Below are positions 41,870 through 54,900 of a stretch of DNA of 64,000 nt, one piece after another. The stretch covers positions 18,848,001 to 18,912,000 of the forward strand of contig CM022671.1 in the NCBI GenBank assembly GCA_012295275.1, in the 5' to 3' direction. A program made the position numbers and the translations under genes. This DNA comes from Chrysomallon squamiferum (taxonomy: Eukaryota; Animalia; Mollusca). Position 1 is the stretch's first letter, and the number at the start of each line of letters is the position of its first letter. The notes beneath the pieces were generated by a model, which did not search any database, had not been told where the DNA came from, and worked only from the letters and a program-made list of their open reading frames with translations.

Positions 41870-44800
41870 ATGGAGACATCAAGACAACTTGAAACACACT
41901 ATCCTGATACATCGAGTCAGAATGTTACCCCGGTTATTTCCCAATCCAGTCTACCTGCTGTTAACACACAAACATTGAATTTATATCTTTTAGATAGACT
42001 TTTTAATATGCATGAGAGGCAAGAATTTTGTGATCTTGTTTTTTATGTCAACGGAGCTAAGTTTTTCTGCCACAGAATTGTTGTGGCTGCCTGGAGTCCA
42101 TTTTTGTACAATCAGTTGATGGGGCAAGAGGTTAAAAAAGAATTCTTCAAGCTGCAGTTTGAACATCTTGATGTTTTTGCCAGTTTTGTTAACTACATGT
42201 ATTCAGGCTATATTAACCTCGAGGATTCCAATCTTCTGCATGTACTTCGATTAGCTACAAGTTTCCAAGTAGAGCCTTTGCGTTTGAATTGTGAATCGGT
42301 ACTTAGATGTAATCTTCATGTTGGCAATATCATTAGTACCTACAGCATGGCATGCAAGTACAAGTTATTGGCACTAGAAGAGGATACAATTGCATTTCTG
42401 CAGATGCATCTTCCTGATGCTGTCAAAGAAGGAGGGTTTCTCAATCAAACTGCTATACATTTTAATACTTTTCTATCCAGTGGATCTGTGCAGAAGTTAA
42501 AACCAGAGATCAAATTGTTTCTGATAATCAGTTGGCTCTGTTATAATGTTGTGGAAAGAGAGCAATATTTTGTTGCCCTGCTCCAGCACATAAACTGGTC
42601 AGAAGTAGCTAATGATTTTCTTACTGAGATAAGTCAAACAGAAAACTTTTTCACAACAAATGAATCGAGTTTATATCTTCTTCTTCAAACACTGCATGCA
42701 TCTTCTATATCTTTGGGACCATATACTGAAATATTCCCTGAATTGAGAGAAAAATACTTTGACCTCTTAGGTCAGGTTGTTAAAAATAGTGTTTTAGAAG
42801 TGATGCATGAAGTATTTTTTCCTATTCCTATCACACAGATCTCCAATCCTCAAGAAAAGCCTAAACTGAACAAAGTACATAATAAAAGCTTAAATAAAAG
42901 TGTACAGACAGTTATTCTATCAGAACTGACTGAAGTTCAGAATTCAAACACAGATTTTTGTGATGTAGCAAATAAATATAAGACAGAATCTATCAGCACA
43001 AACATATCTGCAGAACAAGATTCAATAGTTAAATGTGCCAAAACAAAAAACAAAAAAAAAAAAAATTAAATGAAACGGTGTCTAAAAGAAATGATTTTGA
43101 AATGAATAAAAGATCTGAATTAAAAGTACCACCACTGAAACTGCAGCGATCAAAGATAAAAAGTATCAACCAAACACAAAATGTTACTCAAAACAAAGAA
43201 GAAAAGATAAGTGAAAATATTCAAGAAAATAAGATTGATGAAAAATTAAGTAATAAAAATGTGTCTGAAAAATTAGCTCTTAAAAATAATCAAAAACAGA
43301 AGCCTGCAAGAAATTGTAAACAGAAGAAATTGTATAAAAAGGTTCCTGTAGAGAAACAAAGTAAAGGCAGCACTAAAGAAGATGAATGCAAAAAAGAAGA
43401 TCTGGAATCTTCAAATAGGGAATCAAAACCTGAATCCATTACTGAGGAATATATTGATGAGGTCTGTATTTCTTCTGATGAACATTCAGAAGATGAACAA
43501 GATGATGTGAACAAGGGAACAAACAGTTCTGTCAGAAATCTTCCCAAGCCCACTCAGACCCAACTTAACAAGACTTTAGTGAGGCAGCTCAGAAAACCGA
43601 AGATGACAACATGCAGACGGCTTGGTCGACCAAAACGATTTGGACAGCAAACAAAACACAGGGTTTGTAAAGAATGTGACTATGTTGCAGCTAATGATGA
43701 GAGAATGGCATGCCACATTGAGAAGGTGCACACTGTTGGGACCATGTACACCTGCTCACTATGTAACTATGAGTGCAAGTGGAATAAAAATTATTACAAC
43801 CACATGAGACAACATTTCACTGGTCCACCATTTTTGTGTGATCAGGAGGGATGTAAGTTTCAGGCTGACAGGATTCAGTTACTCATTCAGCACAGAGCTA
43901 GACATTTTGGTGACAGGCAGTTTGAGTGTCAAGAATGTGGAATGCGCTTCCTTTCAAAAAATAATCTCCTGGCACATAAGAAGACACATACAGGTGAGTG
44001 TATATACATTGTTATTGTTTTACTGATAGCAACAACATTGGGTCTGATATATATTTAAAGTAATACGGTTGAACAATGATTTATTTTTTGTTAAAGTTAT
44101 TTTTTTGCAGGAATTATATTATTATGGCATTGATTTATATTTGAAAATATTTTAAACACTTTATGTATGGTACAACACAAAGCCACAAATAGTCTACCAT
44201 TATCATGACTATTTTAATAAATACATTCCTAATTTTATCCGTAATTTAACAAAATTATTTTTAATTATATGAATATTAAATAGAGAAAGTGTTGTATGAT
44301 TATTCCCAAAGAAATTGATTGATTGATTTTATCCCAGATTGCTAATTATTCATTAGGCTGAATCTAAGTTCAGTGTAGATGGTACCTGGACTTACAAGTG
44401 CCCCAACTCTTTCCGAGTTACGAGCAGTTACCCAGTTAATTATGTGTTTTGAGTTGCAAAACAAAATCCAAGTTAAGAGCAAGCTTCAGATATGCTGCTG
44501 CAACAAACAACATAACATCCGCCCAGCATCCCACATCTAACTCATTTACATCACTGTTGAAGCATCTCTGTGGTTTGTACTCATGTTTTGTGCAGTATTT
44601 TGCTATATTTCCATGGATCCTAAGAAAGTGAGTGCAAAGGACAGTGCTAAAAAGAAGAAGCAGATGATGTCCATTGAATTAAAGCATGAAATCATATAAT
44701 AACATGAGCGAGGTGTGCATGTAGTCAACTTAACTAGACACTACTAATGTAGTACTTTTAGTAGAAGTTTTATATTACCATACTGACGCAATAGGAATCG

Positions 44801-45864
44801 ATAAAGGTTATAATTCCAGCCAAAGGCGTTAAAATAATTTCTAAGCTGTGGACTTCTGTCCATGAAAAGATCGAGAAACCCTAACTCTGTACACTTTACT
44901 AACCCAATTTATTTTTTTACATTCCCTTTTATTTTCATTTGATACAATATTTGTCATTTATAAATACATTTTTTTCTTATTTAAAAACATATTACAAAAA
45001 CATTGGGGTGGTTTGTGGGCTGGAATGGATTAATGTTATTACAATTAATTTCAGTTGGGGAAACTGATTTGATATTCGAGCAAATTGAGCGATGAGCTCA
45101 GTCAGGGAATGAATTAAACTTGTAAGTCAAGGTACCACTGTAGTTTATTTTGAATTATATCATACAAATTTGATTTTGATTCTGGTGTGTATTTATATAA
45201 CTTCAGCTCCTTTCTGATGTGTAATCTCTCTGCCTTTAAAAAGTTTGATATTTGTGCATTACACAAGTTATCACATAAAATATCTGTGAAGATTGATTAT
45301 AATAAAAAAAATTGTTCAGTGATTTTTATAAAAATAGAATACAAAGTATTTCATAAAAATAATTATTATAATTATTAATTTCTTCAGATAAGATGCTAAA
45401 TATGGGTAAATATGGTAAATATGTGTAACTGTAACAAGAATATTAAGCATTTTGTTTCTATTTTGTTGTTTCTGCATCAGATTTTCCATCTTTTCTTCAT
45501 AACCTTCAATCTGTGTGTTGTTGGGGTTTTTTGTGTTTTTTTAAGTAAATAATTAAAATAAGAAATGAAAAATAGAAATAAAAGAAAAAAATTAAAAATT
45601 AAAACTGATAAAAAGGGTTTGATTGAGTTGAATCAGCTTTAAGGTTGGCTGATAATCTGGGTCAAGCAAGACACTTAAAGCATTTCTAATTTTACACATC
45701 TGCTTATTTATTCTTCTAAAAATATATTCCCAACTGTCATACAGTACTATATTTAGAAGTTATTTGTCAGGTATATTTATGAATTTGGGTAACTGTACTC
45801 ATAAAAACTTCTAAAAGTAAATGTACTTGTAAAGGTGAAATGCTAATTGTTTTTTGAGGTTGTT

Positions 45865-45896
<32 letters not shown>

Positions 45897-47340
45897 AAAC
45901 AATATTTTATTTGAAATTTCAGGGCTCAGACCTTTTGAATGTAAAGTTTGCCAAAGATCATTTGCAACCAAAAACACACTGTCACAGCACATGGTTGTCC
46001 ATAGTGATGACCGTCCATATCTCTGTGACACATGTGGTTTTAGTTCCAAATACCAATCTCACCTGATAGCACACAGGAGAATACATACAGGTAATCACAA
46101 TATTACTTGCAAGACATGAGGGTGATACAAAAAATATACACTTGTTTTTGCCTCTGAAAACAATTAAGAATTTATCACAACTAAAACCATTTGAAACAAG
46201 TGTATAAAACTCAAGTGTTTTGATTTGAATTTGAAATAAGTCACTTAACCATTCAGAAATATTCTCATACTGTCATAAGTGTAGAATCTGATAATGGCTC
46301 CAGTTTCCCAATGATAACTTCATACCAATGTGTCTGTTTAAGAGACAGTTTATCAATCTGTAAATCCATCCATTATTCTTCACATTGTTGTTTGTCATAG
46401 TTTAGTTCATGTGTTTATTTATTGTCTTCCTGCCTTCAATTTCTGAAAATATTTTTACAAGACTAAGCAAATGTTTAGCTATTTTATTTTTTGTCTTTCA
46501 GGTGAAGTGTTTCACTGCCAGTTTCCACAGTGTTCATATTCTACACCAAAGAAAAGCCAACTAAAGGGACACATGAGGGCTCATTTGGGAATCCGACGTC
46601 ATGTTTGTAGTCAGTGTGGCAAGGCTTTTGTTGAAAAATCTCATCTTACAAGACATGAAAGACTCCATAACAGTGAAAAACCTCACAAATGTTCACAGTG
46701 TGATTACCAGTCAACAAGAAGAGATAAACTTCGAGAACATCAGAAGAAACATGATGTTGAACATTCAGTTTTTAGATCATCAAAATTAAAACACCACCAG
46801 CGTAGGAATTACACTGAATGGACTCCAGCACAAGTTACACTGGATCAGAATACAGCCGGTGATGATGTTGCCAATTCCGAGTTGATGAAAATTGCTCAGA
46901 TAGTAGCTGGTGAACATGGTTACCATAGGAAAATACCACCTCCATCCAATGAATCTTCAGCTTATCTAAGTCACTATGCAAACCAGAATACATCTCAGCT
47001 TGCTCAAGCCCAGACAAATCATCAGATCTGTATGATTAAAAATGCCATGGTGTCACCACATGAACAGCTAGTATCTTCAAACATTAACACTGCTGCTGTT
47101 ACACAATCTGTAAATGTTTCCCACATAAACAGTGGCCAAATTAGTTCTGGAACAGAGGTTCAACCAGCTCAACATTACATCCAACAAAGTGGCAGCCATA
47201 ATATGCCTGTGGCCATGGCTGATATAGCTGGATTAGTTTCCATGACTACTCCATCAACTTCAGGAGTAGTCACTGCCACAAATGGTCAGCAGATGCAGCA
47301 GGAGTATGACAGTCTAGGAAATTTTATGACTTACTTGTAA
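41870..47340 (+). CDS. BTB-BACK + AT-hook + 9 C2H2 zinc-finger protein (~1043 aa if the 1-nt frameshift at the A14 run 43052-43065 is corrected)
   Basis: Exons 41870-43993, 45923-46090, 46502-47340. BTB ([26 protein letters not shown]...YMYSGYI) and BACK ([13 protein letters not shown]...FL...[15 protein letters not shown]) lie in ORF 41870-43069. AT-hook RRLGRPKR and fingers 1-4 lie in the -1 frame ORF 43033-44058; fingers 5-9 are in later exons. Both introns are phase 1 inside HTG linkers. Adding one A makes the total 3132 nt, in frame. Confidence 0.88.
44378..45140 (+). mobile_element. Internally deleted Tigger/pogo DNA transposon
   Basis: TIRs ATGGTACCTGGACTTACAAGT ... ACTTGTAAGTCAAGGTACCACTG|TA. 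From 44613 a decayed CENP-B-type N-terminal HTH reads [42 protein letters not shown]. Confidence 0.88.
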
Positions 47341-49894
47341 TTTCTTAAACTGACCAGAGTTGGTGTACTAAAGTGCCAAATAAATGTACAAAATGGATAT
47401 TTTGACATGTGTCTTTTTATGTCAGTAAACCGTTTTTTATTACCTTACACAGTAGGGCCCTTAACCATACCCTAATAGGGCCTCATTCCAGCTGTGGAAA
47501 GTTTTCTCAGTGTTTTCTGTGTTTCTTTAACTTAGCAAAATGGTCCAGACTTATTTATTTAGCCATAATTTAGGTTATACCTACATGTAGAATCTGCTGG
47601 TAGCTATTTTTTTTTATTTATTATAATATTTTGTATTGTTGTACTTTTAAGATATAGTTTTTGAAAATGTCAATAACACTTTTACTATTTACCTAAATAG
47701 CTTACTTCAATATAGTTTAACATCTCGTAATTAACCTATATATATCCTTAAAGTAAGTAAATATGTTAACCATTCATTTCTACAAACATTCCTAACAGTA
47801 TTAATTAAATATCTACTGTTAGTTAACAGTAATCCAATTTATAGAAATCACCTAACAATTAATGATCATAAGCATGAAACAAAAGGAATGTCTGTCAGGG
47901 AAGTAAAAGACAAAAGAACAAAAAGACCACAGAAAACAAAGAGAAGACATGGGTAGGAGTGAGGAGTTGGCAGCCATTATTAGGCAAATATGTTGGTAAA
48001 TATATTTTGCATTATCTTTGTTTAAGTTGGAAGCAGGGAAAAATGGTTATCCTGTTTCTGTATGCTCTGTTTGATTTGCTGATCAATTTGATGTAATCTG
48101 TATATGCTACATAGAGATTTTGAGTTATATATTTATTTCTAACAAAACCTGTTAGGGAAAATTAAAAGAATTAAGAATTGTAGTATTTCATTTAATGCCA
48201 ACTCCCACATCCTCAACCACTATATAATAAGTATACATGTGTAAAATAAATAATTATCTTTGTAATATAAATACTGTGTTTTGTTCTGGTGTTCATAGTG
48301 GATACTTGATATTACGTATAGTTTATATCTGTCATATACGCAAACATACGTATCTGTTATAATCAATCATCACAGTTTCTTAGTTGCACAGTCAGCAGGT
48401 CCACCAAAGGCACAAACCCTAGACAAGAAACGAGTCATATTTGAATAGGGTTGTTAGCACTTGAAAGCTAACGCCTCTTCTGCATTGAGTCCCATGACAC
48501 TTTTTCAGTGAGACTGAAAAGAAGAATTATATTAAATTATCCCATAATTTTATTAAGAAATTAAAACATAATAATTAACAAAAAATTAAAAAATAATAAT
48601 AATAATGACAAAAAATAAAAAATATACAAAAAAACAACAAACAAATCTTCTCTTTTTTTTTTATACAATTTTTTAATTAATATGAAAACAGTATCACATA
48701 AACATCTGCTTGTTCTGAGCAGATTATCCTTTTGAATACAAGATATACATTTTAATTTCTGAAAAGACAGAATATATCTAGTATTATATTTGTAACACAG
48801 TGGTTAGATTTTTATTAGTAATACAGTTTTGTTTTATATCAGACTGCCTAAGAGTCATGAGAAAACAGTAATGTAAATAAATAAAAAATAAAAAATACAT
48901 TGTTCAGTATTCCTGAAAAGTAAACATACTAGTTTCACTCTTAAATATTTGATCTCATATTAAATTATTCATTTCTTCACTCCATTTGTGTTATTACATT
49001 TCTCTTTCTGTGGATCAGAAATGTATCATAACATGGTTGTTATACTAGGAAAGTAACTATTTTATTTCATTTTTTAAAAGTTAGATTATTTAACTTTCTA
49101 GGTTTCAGGGAATAAAATGAAATACAAGTTATAACTATTTATATTTCATCAACATTCTTTGTATTTAAGTAACAAATGAAAACTGCACTTGCAATTAACA
49201 AAGGCAGTGGGACAAGATGGTTGTGTATTCTACAAGCGTTCCGTTATTGTTGATTTGCTACATGCCTATCATTCCTTACATTAAAACACTTAATGCTAAA
49301 AGTTTATTCAGAGGCTGATAATGTTTATTTTTAATAAGCCTTTTTTTTTTTTTTTTTTTTATGGGATGCGGGGTAAGTTTCACTCATGAAGCTAAGTATA
49401 TTTAAGCTGAAAAATAAATAAAGAAAGAAATAATAATAAACATCTGAAAAAAGAACAGTTGACACAGATAAGGCCATATATGGTTAGATTGACATGCCAA
49501 ATGAAAAACTAGCAGTACAATAAGTCAGAGAGCATTCATTTTTGAAGGTTTAAAAAATGATTTAACAAAACATTAAACAGGTGATCTGGCTTTTGAAGTA
49601 AATGTAATAATTCTTTTTCTAATACTACTGTAAATAAAAATTTGAAGTGGATTTTATTATAAAGGAAAAATTCTGATTCAAATACATTAGGGGAGTATAT
49701 AAATCCTTAAATCCATTAATTTTAATTTTAACATTATAGGTCTACATTACAGGTTGCAAAACATTGTGGAATGATTGACAGAAAAGGAAATGACCACCAT
49801 TTGGATGCAAATGCATATGTTCCTGTCATATTTAATATTTTCTAGATTACATTAAATCAAAAGACAAAAAAATGTATAATGTTGACAAATACAA

Positions 49895-50107
49895 ATTAAT
49901 GAAGAATTATCAGATGAAAATGGTTATCACAGTTACCACAAACAGCAAATGAATTTACTGCTTATCTAAGTCACTGAGCAAACCAGAACACATCTGAATT
50001 TGCTCAAGCCTAGCCATATTGTTGGATCCGTATGATGAAAAATGTCATGATGTCACCAGTTGAACAGTTGTTGTCTTCAAACATGAATGAAAAAGCTGTC
50101 ACACAAT
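49895..50107 (+). pseudogene. Decayed duplicate of part of the BTB-ZF last exon
   Basis: AATGAATTTACTGCTTATCTAAGTCACTGAGCAAACCAGAACACATCT...GCTGTCACACAAT aligns colinearly with ~46900-47108, with TAT>TGA and CAG>TAG stops. Confidence 0.85.
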
Positions 50108-51071
50108 ACATCACATACAGGGATATTCTCAAACAATGTATGGAATTCAGGAAACAAATTATTTTTGTCTTATAATTTAATACAATAAAATCAACTATAC
50201 TTTATCAGAAGTATATTAATAGCAAAACTTTTTATAAGCTTTAATGTTTAATTAATAAGTATATTCAGCACAAACTGATCTCTAACAAATACTTTCAGCA
50301 CATTTTTTATTAGGTGTAGCAAATACATTTAGATGGCACATTAACAATATGTAAATATTCATGGCCAAGTTGTATCATTTCACTTTCTTTAAACTTGTTT
50401 TGTTAATTTCTTCAAAATAATCTTTATTTTCTTACTGACAAAAAAACGTCTGAATTTTCTTTTGTGGTTGTTCTAATCATTCTTCATATATCCATTAGGA
50501 AACTTTTAAATCATGAACTTTAATTACAAATATGTTTATTTAAATATATATATGATGTATATCAACAAAGTGAAAAATATAATGTATAGCTTACTTTCAA
50601 AAATAATTCTAAAGAAGATAGGCAAGTTGTTCTCTATGTTAGTGATTGCAGAACAACTGTAGCAAAATAAACAGTGACTTGGCAGTAAAAGTATATTCCT
50701 AAAGTAAATGTGATGTTTCATAGGTCAATCCTCATAAAGTTATCTGTGACTGCTTTATCAAAAGCCATTGTGAATATGCCATACGTAATTAATTGTGAGC
50801 TGTTCCAAGTTTAAACCATTTCACGTATGATTTATATATAAATATATTTCAATCTTAATTATATTAATACATTTTTGATGCTGCTAACATCAAATAAACG
50901 ATAGTTTAATTGCTACAAAAACAAAAAAATAAAAAAAATATGGAGTTACCTCTGTCACGACAAACAAAAATGAACTTTAAAGCTAACAAACTTCAATCAG
51001 TGTGCGTTAACTTTGTTGTACCGTACACGGTACAGATGAAGAAAACAGTATTTTATGCAACATGACCAAGT

Positions 51072-51072
<1 letters not shown>

Positions 51073-51107
<35 letters not shown>

Positions 51108-51122
51108 AGAGAGAGATATGTA

Positions 51123-51156
<34 letters not shown>
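51073..51156. repeat. (CA)n-(GA)n-(TAA)n compound microsatellite
   Basis: Direct read. Confidence 0.9.
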
Positions 51157-51157
<1 letters not shown>

Positions 51158-51399
51158 CGGAAGAACTTCAAAAAGCTATGAACTTTACAGTTTACTTCGA
51201 CAGGTTCTGTCTTTCTAATGTCATAGAATATAAATTATATATACACTCCTCGTGCCTTTTATTTTTATTTCTTATGTGCTACAATATCCTGTTTAACCAT
51301 GAGATGCGACCTACATTATTTTTCGTACAATAAATTTATTTATTTCTGATAAATAGATGTGACAACAGGGTCCTCGTCTAATTCTTTTTTGAATCAGCT

Positions 51400-51450
51400 A
51401 CACATAGCGGAAGCGAAGTGATTATCATCACGTGACGAAGTACGGTCAAA
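51400..51450 (+). promoter_or_regulatory. Promoter with ETS site and CLEAR/E-box TCACGTGAC
   Basis: GCGGAAGC at ~51408 and TCACGTGAC at 51428-51436 lie immediately upstream of ATG 51451. Confidence 0.6.
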
Positions 51451-51561
51451 ATGTCGGACGTGGATGTGGAGAACGGTGGAGAAACAGCTGGTTTAATATC
51501 ACAGTTAGATAGAAATCTGAGAATCGGTCAGAAAATTTCTGAAAGCGAACGAACGACTAGA
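51451..51561 (+). CDS. First coding exon of an unidentified gene (continues beyond a >12 kb intron)
   Basis: CAAAATG start context, 37 open codons MSDVDVENGGETAGLISQLDRNLRIGQKISESERTTR, strong phase-0 donor aga|gtaagt and CpG-rich promoter context. No convincing downstream coding exon was found within the window. Confidence 0.65.
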
Positions 51562-51901
51562 GTAAGTCTGAATTATTTATTATATTAAATGTTCATCTTC
51601 CATTTTACTTTGACGGTTCATTTTGAGTGAAATATTCCTTCACGTGTTCGCTTTGTGACTTCGTTCCGTTCAACTCAATAATATGACGCTTATTGTACAG
51701 CTCATTTAAGAAGTCACGTTTCATGAACTGTGCGTACGTTATTTAATATAATATTCATACGGAATGGATTTGATAACCAACTTTTTATCGTTTTGGTTTC
51801 TTCACATTTGACAGTAAATAAATCGAGGCATTTAATGAATGATTCATTCATATTGGTATACAGTCTATTTTAAATAAATATTTTCTTCAGTGTTACTGTT
51901 A

Positions 51902-51936
<35 letters not shown>

Positions 51937-54900
51937 TTTTTTTATTTTTTTTTTATTTTTTTAAGTATTAGAATGAATATGAATGGTATTATAATACTTG
52001 TTAATAGGCTTGTTAAATACTTGAAATAGTTGGAAACTGTCCTGCATTGTTATTGAATGGTTCTCCTCTTTTGCCCCAGTAACCCTAGACATCCCACAAA
52101 TATTGACACAACATGTACGGGCTTAGAATCCACATCCTGTCTGTGTCTTTATTAACTGTGTCATTTACCTTCAGCTAATTACTGTGTGTTAATTCTTTTT
52201 GTATGAATATATACACAGAATATATATATATTCCATTTAGTGTTGAATTGGTACTACCTGTATAACAAACCCAGAATTAAAATAGTATCAGCATGCTGCA
52301 AAATGATTTATAAATAAACAAAATATTTTAATAATTCAAAGTTAAAAAACATTTAAAAAATAATAAAAATATTCTGCTCTGTAAGCAGTAATCATATACT
52401 CTTCAAACAGTATTGTACCTCCTTTAATACAGTTTTCATATTGATCAGTCATACCTTATATGCAACTTGATTATCTTAAGAAGTGGTTGTACAAATTCAT
52501 GATAACTTTTTTCTGTTCTTTGATAATGATATTATAGTAGAAATAAATGTAATGGATATACTGTGGACTCTGTCAAAACTGATTTTACTTAGCACCAATG
52601 AGATATGTCGTTTTAGACAAGAGTGCCAGAATGACATGAAGTTGGAATATGTTTCATTACAAATTTTACAGTTAAACATCTGTTGAGTGTCTGCTAAAAA
52701 ATAGTCTGTCACTGATGACAGGCTTTTTTTCTTTTTTTTTTTCTTCTTTCAAAGCAAACTATTCTGTCATGTCCAACATTGGTTGCAAAAGTCTGCTTTT
52801 TGGTAGTAGCAGCAAAAGATTTAATTTATCATTTTAAAAATATCAGTGTATGAAAGTTTGGTCATTGTGTGTATCATCAATCCATTCATTATTCTCAGCC
52901 TAAAAGTTGGTTTCATACAGTTGTTGGTAATTTTTACTATATTTTAAAATATCAAATACTGTCTGTCTTCATATTTTAAATTGTATTGCCAGGATTCACT
53001 TGAGGTTATGACATTGGTAAAAATACTCACCTTTTTCTATTAAAATTCACCATACATTTAATCAGTAGCAAAATCAACACTGCTTTTTTTATTTATTTTT
53101 TTATAAATATATCTCTTGGAAGATGAAAGTATTGATATATTTCCCACCATTATATCTAATGATCACGTGAACACATTTTGCAAATGGCCAGCAGACTTGC
53201 ATTATTTCTATCTAATTATATTTATTAATATATCAATTATATGAATAGCTGCAAAAATGCATTGATTTATTGTTGTGATTAGAGGGTGACAATAAACAGT
53301 TATTTTAAGCTTGTATACAAATTAAATTAATTCAGCTGGACGTGATAAATGACTGTACAAAAAACTATAAAGATTACAGTTAACAAAAACCAACATAAGC
53401 AGATGTCTGAGACTCAAGAAAGCAGGCTGCAAGTAATCATGAACAAACATAAAAATAAAACTTTTGCTAAATAATTTTATCTCTTATGGCATGAGTTTGT
53501 ATACAGTATTTTGTTAAATACTCTGTTTTATTAAAAACATACATCAATGTTTTGATGTAAATTTTTGATTTTATGTTTGTGACAATGGCTTGGTTATGTT
53601 GTCTCATTTTGCATGTGTATGTGTGTGTGTGTGTGTATACACACACAGTAACACACACATACACATATACATATATACATTGTACTACAATGATTTAAAT
53701 GGCTGGAAGTTATCATTACTATAACTTCAAATAGTTTTAATATCTCTGTTTCCTACAAACTATACACAAAGCCACTAGTTATATTTTTCTTTTTGTTATC
53801 TTACATAATCATTTGTTGTATTACTTAGACAGATAGACCTAAACATGATTCTGGATTCTAATAAGAATTTCTTATAGTTTTTTAAAGTAGTGTGATTGTT
53901 AAATCTTGAAATAGAAAGATATATAAGATTCACAGATTCTAGAAGATAAAAAAAACTCAGAATTAAAATAAACTTTTAAGAATTTGAATTAGATGTTTTT
54001 AGTTTAACATTCTTGAAGCATACTTGTAATTGCATAGATGTTAAGGAGCTTCTAATTCTGCTAAAATCATTCTTTGATCTAAAATACTGAACATGCCATC
54101 TTGTTTTTATAATTTACCATGAACACAATATCTATTGCAGACTTTATACTCAACTAAGCTGAATTTTCAGATTTCTTGAAATGGTGAAAGACAATTGAGG
54201 CTGTTCTATATAGAAAAGATATCAATAAACTATTTAAAAAGCTTAAGAAATTCTAAATATATTTTATTGATTCACTTTTAGGTTTGGACAAAATACTTCA
54301 TATTTTATCAAAATTCTTCATTGAAAGATTCAACAACTTTATTGAATATTTTGTTGAAATTATCCCTTGGAATACAATTTGTAATTGTATATTGATTATA
54401 AGCATAATCTATTTGTTAGATGAAATTGTAATTTGAGCATGTGTATAGGTGGGTTTATCTGAAGACCTGTAAGTACAGTTGTTTATTGTTTAACAACAAA
54501 ATCTTTTAGCATCTGCCTTTAAAGAGCCAACAAGAACCTCAAAAATATTCATATATTGAATTCATTAAAAGATATAAAAAAGAGGGAAATAAAGTAAATT
54601 CCTTTAATAAAAATTCATGCTAGCATCTGAAAAAGCTAAGTTGCTAAAGGTGAAGGTCTAACTACATCTTACAGAGATTGTATCCCATTCTAAATAAAGA
54701 GTGTGTTTACTTATTTTTATTTGTTTCTTATCTAGGTTACTTAGATTTAACTGAAGTGATGTGTTAATTATTTCTATCTGTTATTAGGAAGGTAGAGCTG
54801 AAATGATTGTTGAATTTATACTACCTATATAAACAGGTAAAAATTTAATGATTTGGTTAATTATTTTTTCCTAGACAGATTTAAGTGGTTTGTTAAGTAT

